Notes: generated by a model not told the origin, from the letters alone. A stretch of DNA of 63,936 bases, filler included, from Mitosporidium daphniae (GCF_000760515.2; 5 parts of 5 records of this genome joined end to end with filler, not necessarily neighbours in it); one strand, 5' to 3'; positions 34,096-46,700 are shown, numbered from the whole stretch's first letter. Made by a program: numbers and translations.

Positions 34096-34701
34096 TTACT
34101 TCTTTTTAATGGCTTCCTCTTCTTCCTTGGCTTTGGCGCGCTTCTCGCGAATTCCGACGTAGCGAGCGGTAAGATGGGCATTATGGAGAGTCTCATAAGC
34201 ACAAGCTGCTGCCTCTGCTGCTGTTACTTGGCGAGAAGATTCCGGCTGAAAAGTGTTTTTAGGGACAGGGAGAACAGCACAAATGGACTTGGTAGAATCT
34301 CCCATAGGCTGTTCCTTTTTTTTAGCGTCGAGAATAACAACTTTCGAAAGATATGCCTTGAGGCGCTGTACGTTCATCTCAAGGGATTCAGCTGAACGGT
34401 TTCGACGGCGATGATCGACAGAAATTCCAATACGGCGAGCATGATGCTTATCAAGTCCAGCAGCCTTAATTTCTTCAAAAGTAAATCCACGACCTTCCCT
34501 GAGCTTGGTGTTGTAACGAATAGTTGGGCATCTCACAGCTGGACGGAGTGAATCCAATGGATGAGGTGCAACTAAAGCTGCCTTTTTTTGGCGATTAAGA
34601 CGACGGCGATGCTTTCGGCCAGCTTGATCAAACCATGTCTTTACTCGAACTTGCCAATGCTTACGAAGGTGGACATTCGGAAGCTGATTATTGTGCTTCA
34701 T
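34096..34701 (-). CDS. RPL13: 60S ribosomal protein L13 (eL13)
   Basis: MKHNNQLPNVHLRKHWQ, RCPTIRYN, GRGFT, VDHRRRNRS. Confidence 0.98.
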   Translation of the reverse strand: MKHNNQLPNVHLRKHWQVRVKTWFDQAGRKHRRRLNRQKKAALVAPHPLDSLRPAVRCPTIRYNTKLREGRGFTFEEIKAAGLDKHHARRIGISVDHRRRNRSAESLEMNVQRLKAYLSKVVILDAKKKEQPMGDSTKSICAVLPVPKNTFQPESSRQVTAAEAAACAYETLHNAHLTARYVGIREKRAKAKEEEEAIKKK

Positions 34702-35016
34702 CTAAAAACCAAGTTAAAATGGATGAAAAGGTGGGGTGCATGATGATTTTGTAGGACGGATATCAAGCTTACGTTGAATTAATAGAAAATTTAAATTTAA
34801 CCCACTTTTAAAGGTTAAATTAAACTAAAATTTTCAATCTCATTCCAATAAGGTAGCTTACCTTGCATCCATTATTCCCTCTATACAACTTACTTTTCAT
34901 CCATCATGACATGGCATTTTCGGTGCCTTCTTTGCTTCCAAATTTATATGTTATTTTATCATTGCTTGGATTTTTACTCTTTTTTACCTATGAACCCTTC
35001 TAACTTGTTGTTTTAG
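34702..35016. promoter_or_regulatory. Bidirectional RPL13/RPS16 promoter flanked by two 5'-UTR introns (34702-34772 on -, 34853-35016 on +)
   Basis: GTAAGC...TTTTAG|ATG and GTAGCT...TTTTAG|ATG; central inverted repeat AATTTAACC-N10-GGTTAAATT at 34794-34821. Confidence 0.7.
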
Positions 35017-35460
35017 ATGAAACAGTCGGTTCAGACTAAACAATCAGTACAGACATTTGGTCGCAAAAAAAGCGCTACTGCTGTAGCCCATTGCACTGCA
35101 GGAAAAGGACTTATTAAGGTCAATGGAAAGCCCCTTGAGCTCGTTGAACCAGAAATCCTCCGCTTGAAGGTTTTTGAGCCCATTCTTTTGCTCGGAAGGT
35201 CCAGATTTTCCAACATTGACATCCGTATCCGCGTATCTGGTGGTGGTCACACCTCCCAAATTTATGCTATTCGTCAAGCCCTTGCCAAAGGAGTAGTTGC
35301 ATACTATCAAAAGTTTATTGATGAAGCATCTAAGAAGGAAATTCGCGACCAGCTTGTCGCTTTTGACCGTTCGTTGTTAGTTGCTGATCCTCGCCGCTGC
35401 GAGCCAAAGAAATTTGGTGGTCCAGGTGCCCGTGCCAGATACCAAAAATCTTATCGTTAA
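35017..35460 (+). CDS. RPS16: 40S ribosomal protein S16 (uS9)
   Basis: [44 protein letters not shown]. Confidence 0.98.
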   Translation: MKQSVQTKQSVQTFGRKKSATAVAHCTAGKGLIKVNGKPLELVEPEILRLKVFEPILLLGRSRFSNIDIRIRVSGGGHTSQIYAIRQALAKGVVAYYQKFIDEASKKEIRDQLVAFDRSLLVADPRRCEPKKFGGPGARARYQKSYR

Positions 35461-35518
35461 TTATATACTCATTTCCACCTCAATAAATGATAAGCTCATT
35501 ATTTAAATTTTTCATTTT

Positions 35519-35848
35519 ATGTTGAGATTTTTTCCTCTTTTAGTTCCGAAAGGTGGCTCTTTTAGCGCCATTCTCAAGGCATCTGCAAATAACGCCCCTT
35601 TCGATGTAATCAAAGAATTTGCCATTTTGTTAAATCAAGCCAATTTACGAGGATTGAGATGTTCAGATTCTTTGGCAAAGATCGAGTTTCTTGATAAGGA
35701 ACCTACTATGTCTGAGCGAAGCCGAATGGTTCCTGCAAAAAAAGAGCACATTCTTAAGCTTATGAAGGAAATGCCCGAAACTATTAAAAATTGGAGGAAA
35801 GATAGGAAGTTGCTAAAGGAAGCTTCTAAACCGAAGTATCCCTTTTAG
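35519..35848 (+). CDS. Probable mitochondrial ribosomal protein mL59 (Mrpl25)-like
   Basis: C-terminus ILKLMKEMPETIKNWRK...KYPF and a presequence-like start. Confidence 0.45.
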   Translation: MLRFFPLLVPKGGSFSAILKASANNAPFDVIKEFAILLNQANLRGLRCSDSLAKIEFLDKEPTMSERSRMVPAKKEHILKLMKEMPETIKNWRKDRKLLKEASKPKYPF

Positions 35849-36196
35849 TAAATTTCAGGATTAATATGCCGATCCGACAGCGTGCAAGTCAGACAGCTTT
35901 ATTATAAATAAATAGACTGCTACAAATATTCAAATTTTCTATCATGATAACCCTGGACATTTAGGCATCATTGCAAATATGATGAAGCGACGCTACCACT
36001 CTCTCTCACCTACCATAAGTTATTGTGTTGAATTTAACTGTCTTTCCCAACCCTAAATTTTGGGCCAAAAACTAAAATTTGGGTTGCAATTGCCTAAATT
36101 CGACTTTTACTGCCTTTTGCTGCTGATTGGTACGGTACCACCCCAATTAAGATGATCTCCTTACTTTAACGGAAGAAGCAAAAAATATTCATTAAT

Positions 36197-37285
36197 ATGC
36201 TATCCTCTCCTTTGCAGGCGATGGGGCCTAAATGTAGCAATTCTCGGCTGCTAGCATTTGCATGGTTCTTTTCGCTTTTCTTTGCATGTCTGGCTTGCCT
36301 TCCTATCTACAGCGTAGCTTGGATGGCTGTCCCCAATGACGGTGGAATTAAAAATGTAGATCCTGGCCATTCATTAGATGCGATAATGGATATTGGCACA
36401 ATGGAGCCAACGCCGGTACAATTTATGCCACAGCAAAGCCCATGCCCCGCGCCTGCTCCTGCTGCTGTTGCACAGAGACAGGCACCATCCCCCTTGGAAG
36501 AAGTTACACCAACAAAACACTCTGATGCAAAAAATTGCCATTGCGGCTACTCGGATGTGGCAGATGAGAGTTTTTTTTCAGTGTTAAACGGAATCATCAT
36601 TGCAATCAAATTCACGGTGTCGCTCCCGTGGTATCTCTTATCGCGAGGTTTGGAGTATTCGCTTGTTGCAGCTCATTGGATGGTAGGTCGTACCATTTCT
36701 CATCCCATTGCCTCAATTTGGGGCTATGGATTCGTTCTATTTGTTTCTGTATGGGTTGTTGATTCCATGGGGGGAATCGCTGCGGTTGCCACCGAGTTTT
36801 GTGGGTGGCTCAATCATCGAAATCAATTTAGTGAACAAATACATACAAAGGTTGTTGCCAAGACACGTACGCATGTTTTCGAGGTACCCGAAAAACAAGA
36901 GAACTTCCAAATGAATAGTGGCGAGGCGGTTGAAGAGTCACAAAAACATACGACCAATATAGAAGCTGCCCATGGCCGTTCAAAAATCATGAAACAAGGC
37001 CAAGCGAAGCATAAAGAAGGGTTGCATGAAGCAAAAAGCACCTCCAAGAACTTGTTAGTTAAAAAAGGCGCAGAAGGGCACCATGAAGAAAAAAAAGTTG
37101 CCGAGAGCAATGAGCAAGTCAAAGGGAAAAAGAATATCCGAGTTAGGGTTGTACCTGTGGAAGCCCCTTCAGATGGAGCAATAGAAGACAATGGTAACCA
37201 ACAGTCCCCTGAAGAGGGTGTAGAAGGTGAAGAAGATGCAGCGCAGAAAGAGCAGCCTAATGAAGAGGAGCCCGATGTACAATAA
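36197..37285 (+). CDS. Hypothetical membrane protein with N-terminal signal/TM, internal TMs and charged tail
   Basis: 362-aa intronless ORF with hydrophobic segments and an E/K-rich C-terminus. Confidence 0.7.
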   Translation: MLSSPLQAMGPKCSNSRLLAFAWFFSLFFACLACLPIYSVAWMAVPNDGGIKNVDPGHSLDAIMDIGTMEPTPVQFMPQQSPCPAPAPAAVAQRQAPSPLEEVTPTKHSDAKNCHCGYSDVADESFFSVLNGIIIAIKFTVSLPWYLLSRGLEYSLVAAHWMVGRTISHPIASIWGYGFVLFVSVWVVDSMGGIAAVATEFCGWLNHRNQFSEQIHTKVVAKTRTHVFEVPEKQENFQMNSGEAVEESQKHTTNIEAAHGRSKIMKQGQAKHKEGLHEAKSTSKNLLVKKGAEGHHEEKKVAESNEQVKGKKNIRVRVVPVEAPSDGAIEDNGNQQSPEEGVEGEEDAAQKEQPNEEEPDVQ

Positions 37286-37578
37286 TGTCAAAGTATCGTT
37301 TTCGATCTCCCCACTCTATGTACAGCATTGGTAGATTCAACAGAAATAAAATACCTGACATGCATGTTAGTGCCTTTTACATAGCTATCTGATCGAAATT
37401 TTCGTAAATAGCACGCCAGTCGCAACAACATCATCATCAGGATCATCAACATCATCATCATCATTATGCATCTTAAACGGCATTGAAGATCGCATTCGTA
37501 ATGCAATCACATATAGAAAACCCGAGTTGATGTGACTACCACACCTGCCACAATAATATTAAAGACAATGCAGATTTA

Positions 37579-39753
37579 TTAGAACCATTGAAGACCACCA
37601 GCGGGTGACGGGGATTCCTTTCCAATGTCATCGTCCCAAGATGACAGTGGTGGTGGTGGTGATTGGGAGCCCGTGTTCCCTGTTCGTGTCGAAGAAAAGT
37701 CCCAAGAAGACGGGGAGAGTCGTTGCGTAGACGCTGAGGACGTTGAAGCCCGGATTTGAGTGTGGTGCTGATACGGTTGACCGGAAGTGCTACGGGACTG
37801 GCGGCCAGGACCTCTCTTGGTATGATGATTTACTCCTGTTCGGAATGCAATGGCCGAAAGGCGATCCAAAAACTCAGGTACTCGCTGACGTGATTCTCTA
37901 AGCAAAGCGGAAAGTCCAGAGGCAAGCGGGGCATTTTCATGCGAAAAAAAGGAGATCGCTGTGCCAACGTTACCGACTCTCCCTGTTCTCCCGATTTTAT
38001 GGACGTATTCATCAAGGTCGTTAGGAAAATCATAAATGATCACCGTTCTAACATCTGGGATATCGAGACCGCGAGATGCCACCGAGGTGGCCACTAATAC
38101 TGGGCGTTCGGCTGAGCGAAACTTGCGGAGAGCTGCCTCTCGCTCTTCCTGTGTACGATCCCCATGAATAGAAGTAGCCAGAATGCCTTCCCTGACCAGG
38201 GCATTTTCCAAGATATCTGCGTCACGCTTCTTCTCCACAAATATCAGCGTGCGATGATTGGGGGACTGAGTTGAAGTAAGGATGTCGAGTAGATATGACT
38301 TTTTGTCACATTGCTCAACATCTACAACGGTCTGAATAATATTTTCAGAGGTAGATCCCACGCGGCCAATCTTCAAGAAAATATAATCTGAAAGGAAGGC
38401 CTTGGCAAGGGCTTGGATTTCTTTAGAGAATGTCGCGGAAAAAAGGAGCGTCTGGCGGCTTTCTTTTGGTGGCATCTGGCATTCAAGAACAATTTTTCGA
38501 ATGTCAGGCTCAAAGCCCATATCAAGCATTCGATCTGCTTCGTCAAGCACCAAGTAGCGCACAAAAGAAAGGTTTACACGAGACCGCTCAATCATGTCAA
38601 CGAGGCGACCAGGGGTCGCCACAAGAATATCGGCACCCTTGGCTAGCGTATGAATCTGTGTGCGGATGTCTGTGCCCCCATAAACAACACAGGGAGTGAC
38701 CCAAGAGCGGTACGAAAATTTGAGGGCCTCTTCAAAAATTTGCACAGAAAGTTCTCTAGTTGGGGAGAGGATTAAAGCAAGAGGAAATGCCGTCGATGGG
38801 CGAGACCTAGAAATGGAAATAAGATCCGTGGATGGTCCATGAGTAAGCAGTTCTGAAATTATGGGGAGCAGGAACGCAGCGGTCTTTCCAGAGCCAGTTT
38901 GCGCACATGCCATGATGTCCTTCTTGTTGGTGACAATTGGAATCGCAAATTTCTGAACGGGTGTCGGCTTGGAATATCCGGCGAGAGAAATGTTTTCAAG
39001 AAGCTGCGAATGGATTCCACACTCTGTGGAAAACGATTCGATTGGAGTGGGGACGTTGTTCCCAGATGCATCGACAGGGATTCCGTCATATTTAGAAAAA
39101 TTGATACCGGTATCAACATGGCGCTCACCAAAAATTTTTGTCTCAAAAATGGGATCTCGAGGCCGAATCCTTGTATCATACCGAACAAAATAAGTTGAAG
39201 ATGTGGATGCTTTTTTACCGAGACCCCTATCTCGGTTCCTTCCGGCAGATGAGACAGATTCAAAAGTGTCCCAACGACTGCCACTTTCAGATATTGTACA
39301 GCTTTCTCCAGTGTAAGGATTTACGTATGAAGAGGGCTGTTGAGTTTTTGTGAATGCTTTTGTCGCTGGCTCTTTATTTCTTAGATGTGGGGGCACATAG
39401 GTGGTAGTGATGCTTGTGTCAGATAGAGACTGTATCACCTGCTCAACGCTTTCAACGGTGTTTGATTTAGAATTAGATATTTCCTCACTTTTGGGTGATT
39501 CAAATGATACCACTACCGTCGACCCGGAAACGGAACGATGAACTACCTCTGAAGAGGGGGAGGTGGTTTTGGATGTTTTTGCTTTTAAAGAAACGATCCT
39601 TTCATCTGAAGGCTCGCCTTTAGAGCGGCTTAAAAGGGTCGATTGGACAGAAGAAGTGGATGTCGATGGGATCTTTTTAATAGCAAATGGGGATGATTTC
39701 CCTGGTTTTGGCAATGAAGAGGATGAAGATGAACTTTTCAGATTTGGGTGCAT
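37579..39753 (-). CDS. DED1: DEAD-box helicase Ded1/DDX3
   Basis: TGINFSKYDGIPV, MACAQTGSGKT, YRSWVTPCVVYGG, DEAD, GRVGSTSENI, HKIGRTGRVG. Confidence 0.93.
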   Translation of the reverse strand: MHPNLKSSSSSSSLPKPGKSSPFAIKKIPSTSTSSVQSTLLSRSKGEPSDERIVSLKAKTSKTTSPSSEVVHRSVSGSTVVVSFESPKSEEISNSKSNTVESVEQVIQSLSDTSITTTYVPPHLRNKEPATKAFTKTQQPSSYVNPYTGESCTISESGSRWDTFESVSSAGRNRDRGLGKKASTSSTYFVRYDTRIRPRDPIFETKIFGERHVDTGINFSKYDGIPVDASGNNVPTPIESFSTECGIHSQLLENISLAGYSKPTPVQKFAIPIVTNKKDIMACAQTGSGKTAAFLLPIISELLTHGPSTDLISISRSRPSTAFPLALILSPTRELSVQIFEEALKFSYRSWVTPCVVYGGTDIRTQIHTLAKGADILVATPGRLVDMIERSRVNLSFVRYLVLDEADRMLDMGFEPDIRKIVLECQMPPKESRQTLLFSATFSKEIQALAKAFLSDYIFLKIGRVGSTSENIIQTVVDVEQCDKKSYLLDILTSTQSPNHRTLIFVEKKRDADILENALVREGILATSIHGDRTQEEREAALRKFRSAERPVLVATSVASRGLDIPDVRTVIIYDFPNDLDEYVHKIGRTGRVGNVGTAISFFSHENAPLASGLSALLRESRQRVPEFLDRLSAIAFRTGVNHHTKRGPGRQSRSTSGQPYQHHTQIRASTSSASTQRLSPSSWDFSSTRTGNTGSQSPPPPLSSWDDDIGKESPSPAGGLQWF

Positions 39754-39869
39754 AATAATAAAAAAAGAAAATAAACCTGGAAAGCAAAATATAAAATCCC
39801 AAAGGCCAAATATAAAATTAAAATGTAACCCATAAAATGTATTTTAATTTGCAATTTTCATATCATCAG

Positions 39870-42800
39870 ATGAGTGGTGGAATGGCATCAACATCGTCTT
39901 CGTCCTCATTTTCGTATGGTTCTTCTGCCCCCTATGGGGTTTCAGCCTCTGCAGAGGGCCAACAGATGGTAAATATTTGATTGATTTTGTTAACCATTAG
40001 GAATCAAAGTTCGAAATTAAGGTTTGATTCCATGGATTTATTCAGAAAAAACACACAGGCAGATCGGAGCGTGTCAAGTGTGTGGACTTGCATCCTACAG
40101 AGCCGCTTATGCTTTGCGCACTATATTCTGGAAAGCTGGCCATTTGGAATTATGAAACGCAAGTATTGATCGATCGATAGACCCATTTATCTTAGAACCT
40201 CATAAAATCCTTTGATTGCTCTTCAATGCCTGTACGCTGTGCAAAGTTCATTTCACGCAAAAATTGGATCATCGCAGGCTCGGATGATTTCCACATTCGG
40301 GTGTTTGCTCTTCATACACACGAATGCATTGCTGATTTAGAGGCACATTCAGACTACCTTCGGGGCCTTGCTGTGCATCCAACCAAGTCTATTGTTCTTT
40401 CTTGCTCTGATGATCTTTCCATCAAAATGTGGGATTGGGACGCCAATTGGAGCTGCGTAAAGGTATGCAAAGGAAAAAGCTTTTAGATTAGAAATTTGAA
40501 GGACACTCCCACTATGTCATGAATGTGGTTTTTAATTCCAAAGACTCCAACATTTTTGCTTCGTGTTCCCTGGATCGAACAATTAAAGTACACCTGGCAT
40601 TTATTATCTTGTTGTAGGTTTGGAACCTTTCTTCCTCGCTCCCAAATTATACTCTTGATGGACATGATAAAGGGGTGTGCGCAATTGAGTTTTCCCAGTC
40701 TTCTGATAAACCTTTTCTGATTTCCGGTGGAGATGACCAACTTGTGAAGGTGTGGGATTATCAAAATAAGATCTGTGTTCATACCCTGAAGGGGCACTCT
40801 AACAACGTCACGGGTGTCATATTTCATGGCAGCCTTCCATTGTTTCTAACAGCCTCGGAGGATGAAACTCTGATGGTTTGGAGCGCAAATTCATTTAAGC
40901 TCATCCAGACAATAAAATTAAAGCTGGAAAGGCTTTGGGGATTATCCATAATTCCAGGGACTAGTCTTATCGGAGTCGCTGCTGATTTGGGATCTTCCGT
41001 ATTGCAGGTAAGTCTGGCGCCAAATTTTATGCATTTAGATTGGCAGAGATACGCCTCCAGTGTCTATGGATGCCACCGGGAAAGTAATCTGGGCAAAAGG
41101 AAATTCAGTCAAAATTGCAAGTGTCTCCGGGGTCCTTACTGGTGTGCCATCTGGGGAGATAGGTTTGAACAAAAGGAATTCTAACATTTCCACTTTAGAT
41201 GGGCAAAAGGTTGCTCTTAGCGGGAAGGATTTTGGCCAGTGCGATCTTTATCCCACATCGCTGGAATACTGCCCTAGTGGAAGGTTTTTTCCCAAAATAA
41301 CCGTTGAAATAGGTTTATTTCTGCCGTTGGGGACGGAGAATACGTCATATATACTGCTATTGCTTGGAGAAATAAGACTTTTGGCAAGTGTATAAGCTTT
41401 GCATGGAGTGCAGATTCTTCATTGTACACCAATTGACATCCTGATTTATAGTTATGCCACTCTGAGCGCATCTGGAATCAACATTTTCAAGCAATTTGAA
41501 CCCTCTTTGTCGATCAACAGCTCATATTCTGCTTTGTTTGGAGGCGTCTTGGTTGGGGCATATGCTGCTAGAGAATCTGTTCTTGATTTTTACTTGTGGG
41601 ACTCATCTCGACTTGTACGCCGCCTTGGTGTTGATGTTGCCAATGTAAATATAGTGTTTAAAGATAGGTATTTTGGTCAGAATCTGGGGATCAAGTGGCC
41701 ATTGCGACTGTTCAAGACGGATTTTTTATTTTGAAATATAATGCAGACATCGTATGTGCTTACATTGAGCAGGGCATTGAAGTACCTGCCGATGGGATTT
41801 CAGATGCTTTTGAGGTCTCGTTTGAGTGTGTAGAACAGTTTGCTTCCATTTATTTATCAACGATAGGATATCTTCCGGACTATGGCTTGGGTCTGCATTT
41901 GTTTTTGTAACTTCGGTGACCAACAAATTAGGTGCACATGTCTTTCTCTTATTTTGTAGCCATATTTAGTGAAGGTGGCGTGGTTTGCACTATTGCCCAT
42001 CTGCCTTCTTCGTATATTCTTTTACGATATTTAGCAAAGCAAGAGAGAATCTTTTTTGCAGATAAGGATTGCAATATTTACTCGTACTTTCTCTCGTTAT
42101 CTGTTGTGGAAATCCTGCGCCTTGTAAGCGCAGGCGCCATTGAGGAAGCTAGGCTTTATTATGAGAAAGTCCCAAAAATCTCAAAAGAATTTGTGTCCAC
42201 TTTCCTTGAAACGAAGGGGTATCTTGAAGATGCCCTAGAATTTACTGCCGACCAAATGAAAAGATTTTCGCTGTCACTTGCCACTAGCAATCCAGCTCAA
42301 GCTTTGAAAATCGCAGAAGAGTCTTCTGGTACATCCTCTGGGAAGCTCATGTGGCAGAATATTAGTACCTATGCATTGAGTACATGGGACCCTGCTTTGG
42401 CAATGAGGGCAATCGACAAATCAGGCGATCTCTCCGATGCTTTTGTTATGAAAAGAATTTTTGGTCTCCAAATTGATGTTGAAAATTTGCCTATTGAAAA
42501 CAATTTCTATTCGTTCCTAATTTCGTTCCTAAACCTGTCACCTAAAGCAGCCTTTGATGCACTGATAGCAAGCAAAAAATACCCAGAAGCTGCGCTTTTT
42601 GCTAGGGCATGGCTCGATCCCGAATCGCTGCAATATGCCATTGGGTTATGGAAGGCGCATATTAAAGAGACATATGCTTCGTGGAATGATTTTTCGGAGA
42701 CCATAATGGATATGCATTCAGCTCCAGATTCCTTTTCTTTTCTCTCGGAAAATATTTCTGACAAAAGAGATACTGGAAAAATGGCTTTTAACGCGGCAGA

Positions 42801-43624
42801 GAAAAAAGAACATCTTGCAAAAGAGGCCGATGAGATTGATCAAAATTTTGGCGATAAATTTGATGAGGGTTTTGGTGACGAATTTAATCTGCTTGATACA
42901 ATGAAAAATGTCCATATATCTGATCGCGACAAACACCAAGGCCCGGTTACATTGCCTACACAGAGCCCTCTTCAAGATATTTCCTTTGATGACGATGATC
43001 TCTTTTTAGAGCCTTCTTGTATCATCCAGAAAGATTTGTCATCAATGGCTGACTCTTCATCTTTTATAGAAAATGAAGATATATTAGACTCTTTCAGTGT
43101 GCTAGACGAACCACAGCCTATGACGCCATTATATATTGAGAAAGAAGAGCAAGAGAAAGAGCAAGAACAAGAGCAAAAGCAAGAACAAGAGCAAAAGCAA
43201 GAGCAAGAGCAAGAAAAAGGAAAACACGAAGATCAATGGGATTTAAGTGACCAGTCTTCCATTAAACAAGATCTTGAAGATGTCAGCTTCGATAAAGAAA
43301 TAGCCTCGTTTTCCCCATCAGCTCACGATCAAGGCCAAAGTCATTTTATAAACTCTCCTGCTTTTGAGCCAGAGGAAGAAAAGATCTCGATTGAATCCAC
43401 TGAGGGGTTTGATAATTTTGAGCCCTTTAATCGAAAAGAACATAAAGGTGCTTACATTGGATTTCCGATTGATCAAAAAGAAAGCATTCCAGATGTTGAG
43501 GAGGAATGGAATTTGAGTACGCCGGAACAATTTGATGATGTTGGCGATTTTAAGTATAAAAAAAAGTCTGTAACTTGGTCTTCAGAACTACCGCACATGT
43601 CTTTTTCGTCAATCGGAAATCCAA
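39870..43624 (+). CDS. SEC27: Coatomer beta-prime subunit, many micro-introns, long acidic tail, 3' truncated
   Basis: [81 protein letters not shown]. Confidence 0.93.
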
Positions 43625-43724
43625 NNNNNNNNNNNNNNNNNNNNNNNNNNNNNNNNNNNNNNNNNNNNTTAATTAATTAANNNNNNNNNNNNNNNNNNNN
43701 NNNNNNNNNNNNNNNNNNNNNNNN
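43625..43724. other. Artificial contig linker
   Basis: N44-TTAATTAATTAA-N44. Confidence 0.98.
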
Positions 43725-43726
43725 CC

Positions 43727-46700
43727 ATCGTCTATTGGCTTGTCTTTTTAAGATACTATGACAGGGCTATGCAATACGTTTCCTTGTACACGAGCATTTC
43801 GTTCGAACTCACTGAGATCGAATTGGTCATTTTGCAAAATATCCTCGAAATCAAATACCGTGATCTTGAGTATGTTGTGATAGAAGGCTGGGCAAATCAT
43901 CTTCTTGATGAACATGGCATCTTTTTCAAACGTCTCTTAAATGAAGAGAATAGGGTCAAAAAGATTACCGACATTGCAAATTTGATTTCCATTATCCCAT
44001 TCAAGTACAAAAGGCTCCTTTTCTCTTTCCTTCCTAACATCAATGAAGATAAATATCTTTGGGCATATTCTAACAAGCTAAAAATCGGTTCTAGTGGTGG
44101 AAAGTCGTCAAAATTGGAACTACATATCCCCACGCTCAGGGAGACTACCAAAGATACTCACTATAAATGGTGTCTCAATCTTTTTTCCAAAGTACAGCTG
44201 AAACACTGGAGTGAATTTAACGATTTTGATTTCGAAAGTTTTCTCTCTTTTATAAATCACCTAGCTCAATCATCCAAAGATTTAACCGATTTTCTGAACA
44301 AATTCAATGCCCCTTATCTTAATCATATACGATTTTATCTTTCTATGGAAAAAAATAGCCCCGAATACAAAATTGTTTCCTTATTTCACGTCATTTTCGT
44401 GGTTTTCAACAAGCTCCCTGATAAAGAAAAGCTCTCAAATTTTTTTTCTGACTTGAAAAATAAAAAGTTCCCTCAAGAGGTGTTCGACATTTATGAAAAA
44501 CACAGCGGATTCCAGTCACTTCCTTCTGGGGAATCGAATAAGTTTGTTAAAACGCTCCCATTGCCTCCTCCAGACTACGAAAACCTGCTAAGCATAACGA
44601 TGGAAAGAAAAGCTCTTTCATCAGATTTTTTCACGGCAGATGCGAAGTTTACATTTTTTAGCGATGCCGCTTCACTTGAAGAGACGTTGAAATCAATAGT
44701 GTCCACTGATGAGCTTCTTGCTGGATTTCCCCTGGGAGCCTTAAAAGACCCCAAGCTTCTCGCCCAAATACTGCTCTGCGGGTCGATCGAGGAACTCGGG
44801 GCCTTTTTCACTATCAGTGCCGAAAAGACCCCAGAGTTGCTTGATCTTTTGTGGACTCATTTCATCACATTTTTCTATTGCGAGCGTCCCTCTTTGCAAG
44901 AGAATACTTTTTGTAAGGCCTGGATTCGGCAAAAGATCCCATCTCGAGCTCGAAATGTGCTCACATATATTTGGGCTAGTATTTTAGGGAGGCAAAAGAT
45001 GCCTAGTCAACCATTACCGGTCACTGTGCAGGACAAAGTTTCCATTCTCATCGAGTTTTTCACGGAATCCCAGCTGTATGAAGAACAGAGGACAACCATG
45101 TCCAACATTTTAGACAAAATGATGCACGGAAGATCGTATGTCGTGCAGCAGGGAATGGCCGGCGGAAAGACCACGCGTTTCGGTCCTGCAGCTGCAATTG
45201 TGGCAACATCGGTGCTGAGAAAACTGCCGATCTTCATCTTTCCAAATTCCATCCTCGACCAAAACATTGTGCAATTGCGGCAATGGGTTTTTGACTTTTT
45301 CGGCAAAAGAGTTTTTGAATTCAAATCAGAACGATCGCCTTATGGGTACAGCGAAGTGTATCTGCGATATTTGTACTATCGACTTACAATGGCCCATGAT
45401 CGCGGCGATGTGTTCGTGTCTTCGATGAACAGCATCCAATGCCTGCTCAATGCTAGGAAGGAACTGCTGTTGCAAAACACGCAGACGTCAAAGGAGTCTC
45501 TTGCTTGGGTTTTGAGGATCTTGCACTTCATTGAGCATTACTCGATATTTGTGCTTGACGAAGCAGACGGAATCATGGATGTCTCCATTTTGTACAACTT
45601 TGACACAAACGAGGCGCATGAAAAGAACTGGGATGTCATTGATGTGCTTATTGAGTGTTTCCTGTTTTTGAGAGACAAAAGGGTATTCCGATCGAAAACT
45701 GGAACCCCGATCACCATTTTTGAGATCCAAGAGCCTCTTACGCCGTATGCTGTCGAGCTTTTCAAAAAGACATTGCATCAAGAACTTGACCCAATTTTGG
45801 AAAATACTAGCCAGGAAACTCGCGCGTTGATTATTGATCAGCTTTTTGTCAATTGCTGGGAAAAGGTTCGAAATGTGGGGTATGGAGCATCCATGGAGTC
45901 TCCGTTTCCATATCCCATCCCATATGCGATGGCAAACACACCAAGGGAAGGCAGCAGCTTTGGAAATCAGCTGTTCATCATTGCCATTTCGCTCAAGTTT
46001 TACCTTGAAAACGAGATGAAAGATCTCAGCGAGCCTCCTTTATTCTTCACAAAGGAAAATATCTATTCTATTCTGGAACTTTATTATGATCATGAAAAGC
46101 TAAAAGAAATGAAGAACGACATCAAAACCCAAATCAAGAACCAAATCAAACCCCAAATCAAGAACCAAATCAAACAATTCGTTTTCGAGTCTTTCAAGTG
46201 TTTGAGAGAAAAGATATACGAAAATGACGACACTCTGAAAATCTTTTTCAGGGAAGTAGTAATTGAAAGCATCAATACATCGCCTCATCAGATCGTATCA
46301 TCTGCCATTGAATTTATTTTATCTTGCAGTCAGGTGCTTGCATATAGCGGCACCTTATACAATTGGAAGAACTTTGAAGTGATCCCGAAAGTTGACATTG
46401 ATGTCAACCAGTCTTCTGTGATCGAGAGACGAATCTACAACTCGTTTTCATTTTCTCCTCCAAATTGCTACACGAAAGATTATCCCGAAATTCGAAGCTA
46501 TGCCGCTCAAGTTCAAAATCCAGAGCTTCTTGGCAAAAAAGATACTCAATTTGATGTTTTGATGGCCTTCATTTTGGAAACCAGGACGACAGCATTGTTT
46601 GATGCAGGTGCTCTTTTGAAGGATCACTCCAACGCCAAGATAGCAGATCATATTTTGGCTTCAAAGAGATACAAGTGCGTGGTCTACTACGATGACAAGG

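Noticed and set aside
37365..37405. U5 snRNA loop-1-like GCCTTTTAC
   Set aside because: The flanking stem is weak, there is no convincing Sm site, and a competing local palindrome explains the structure.
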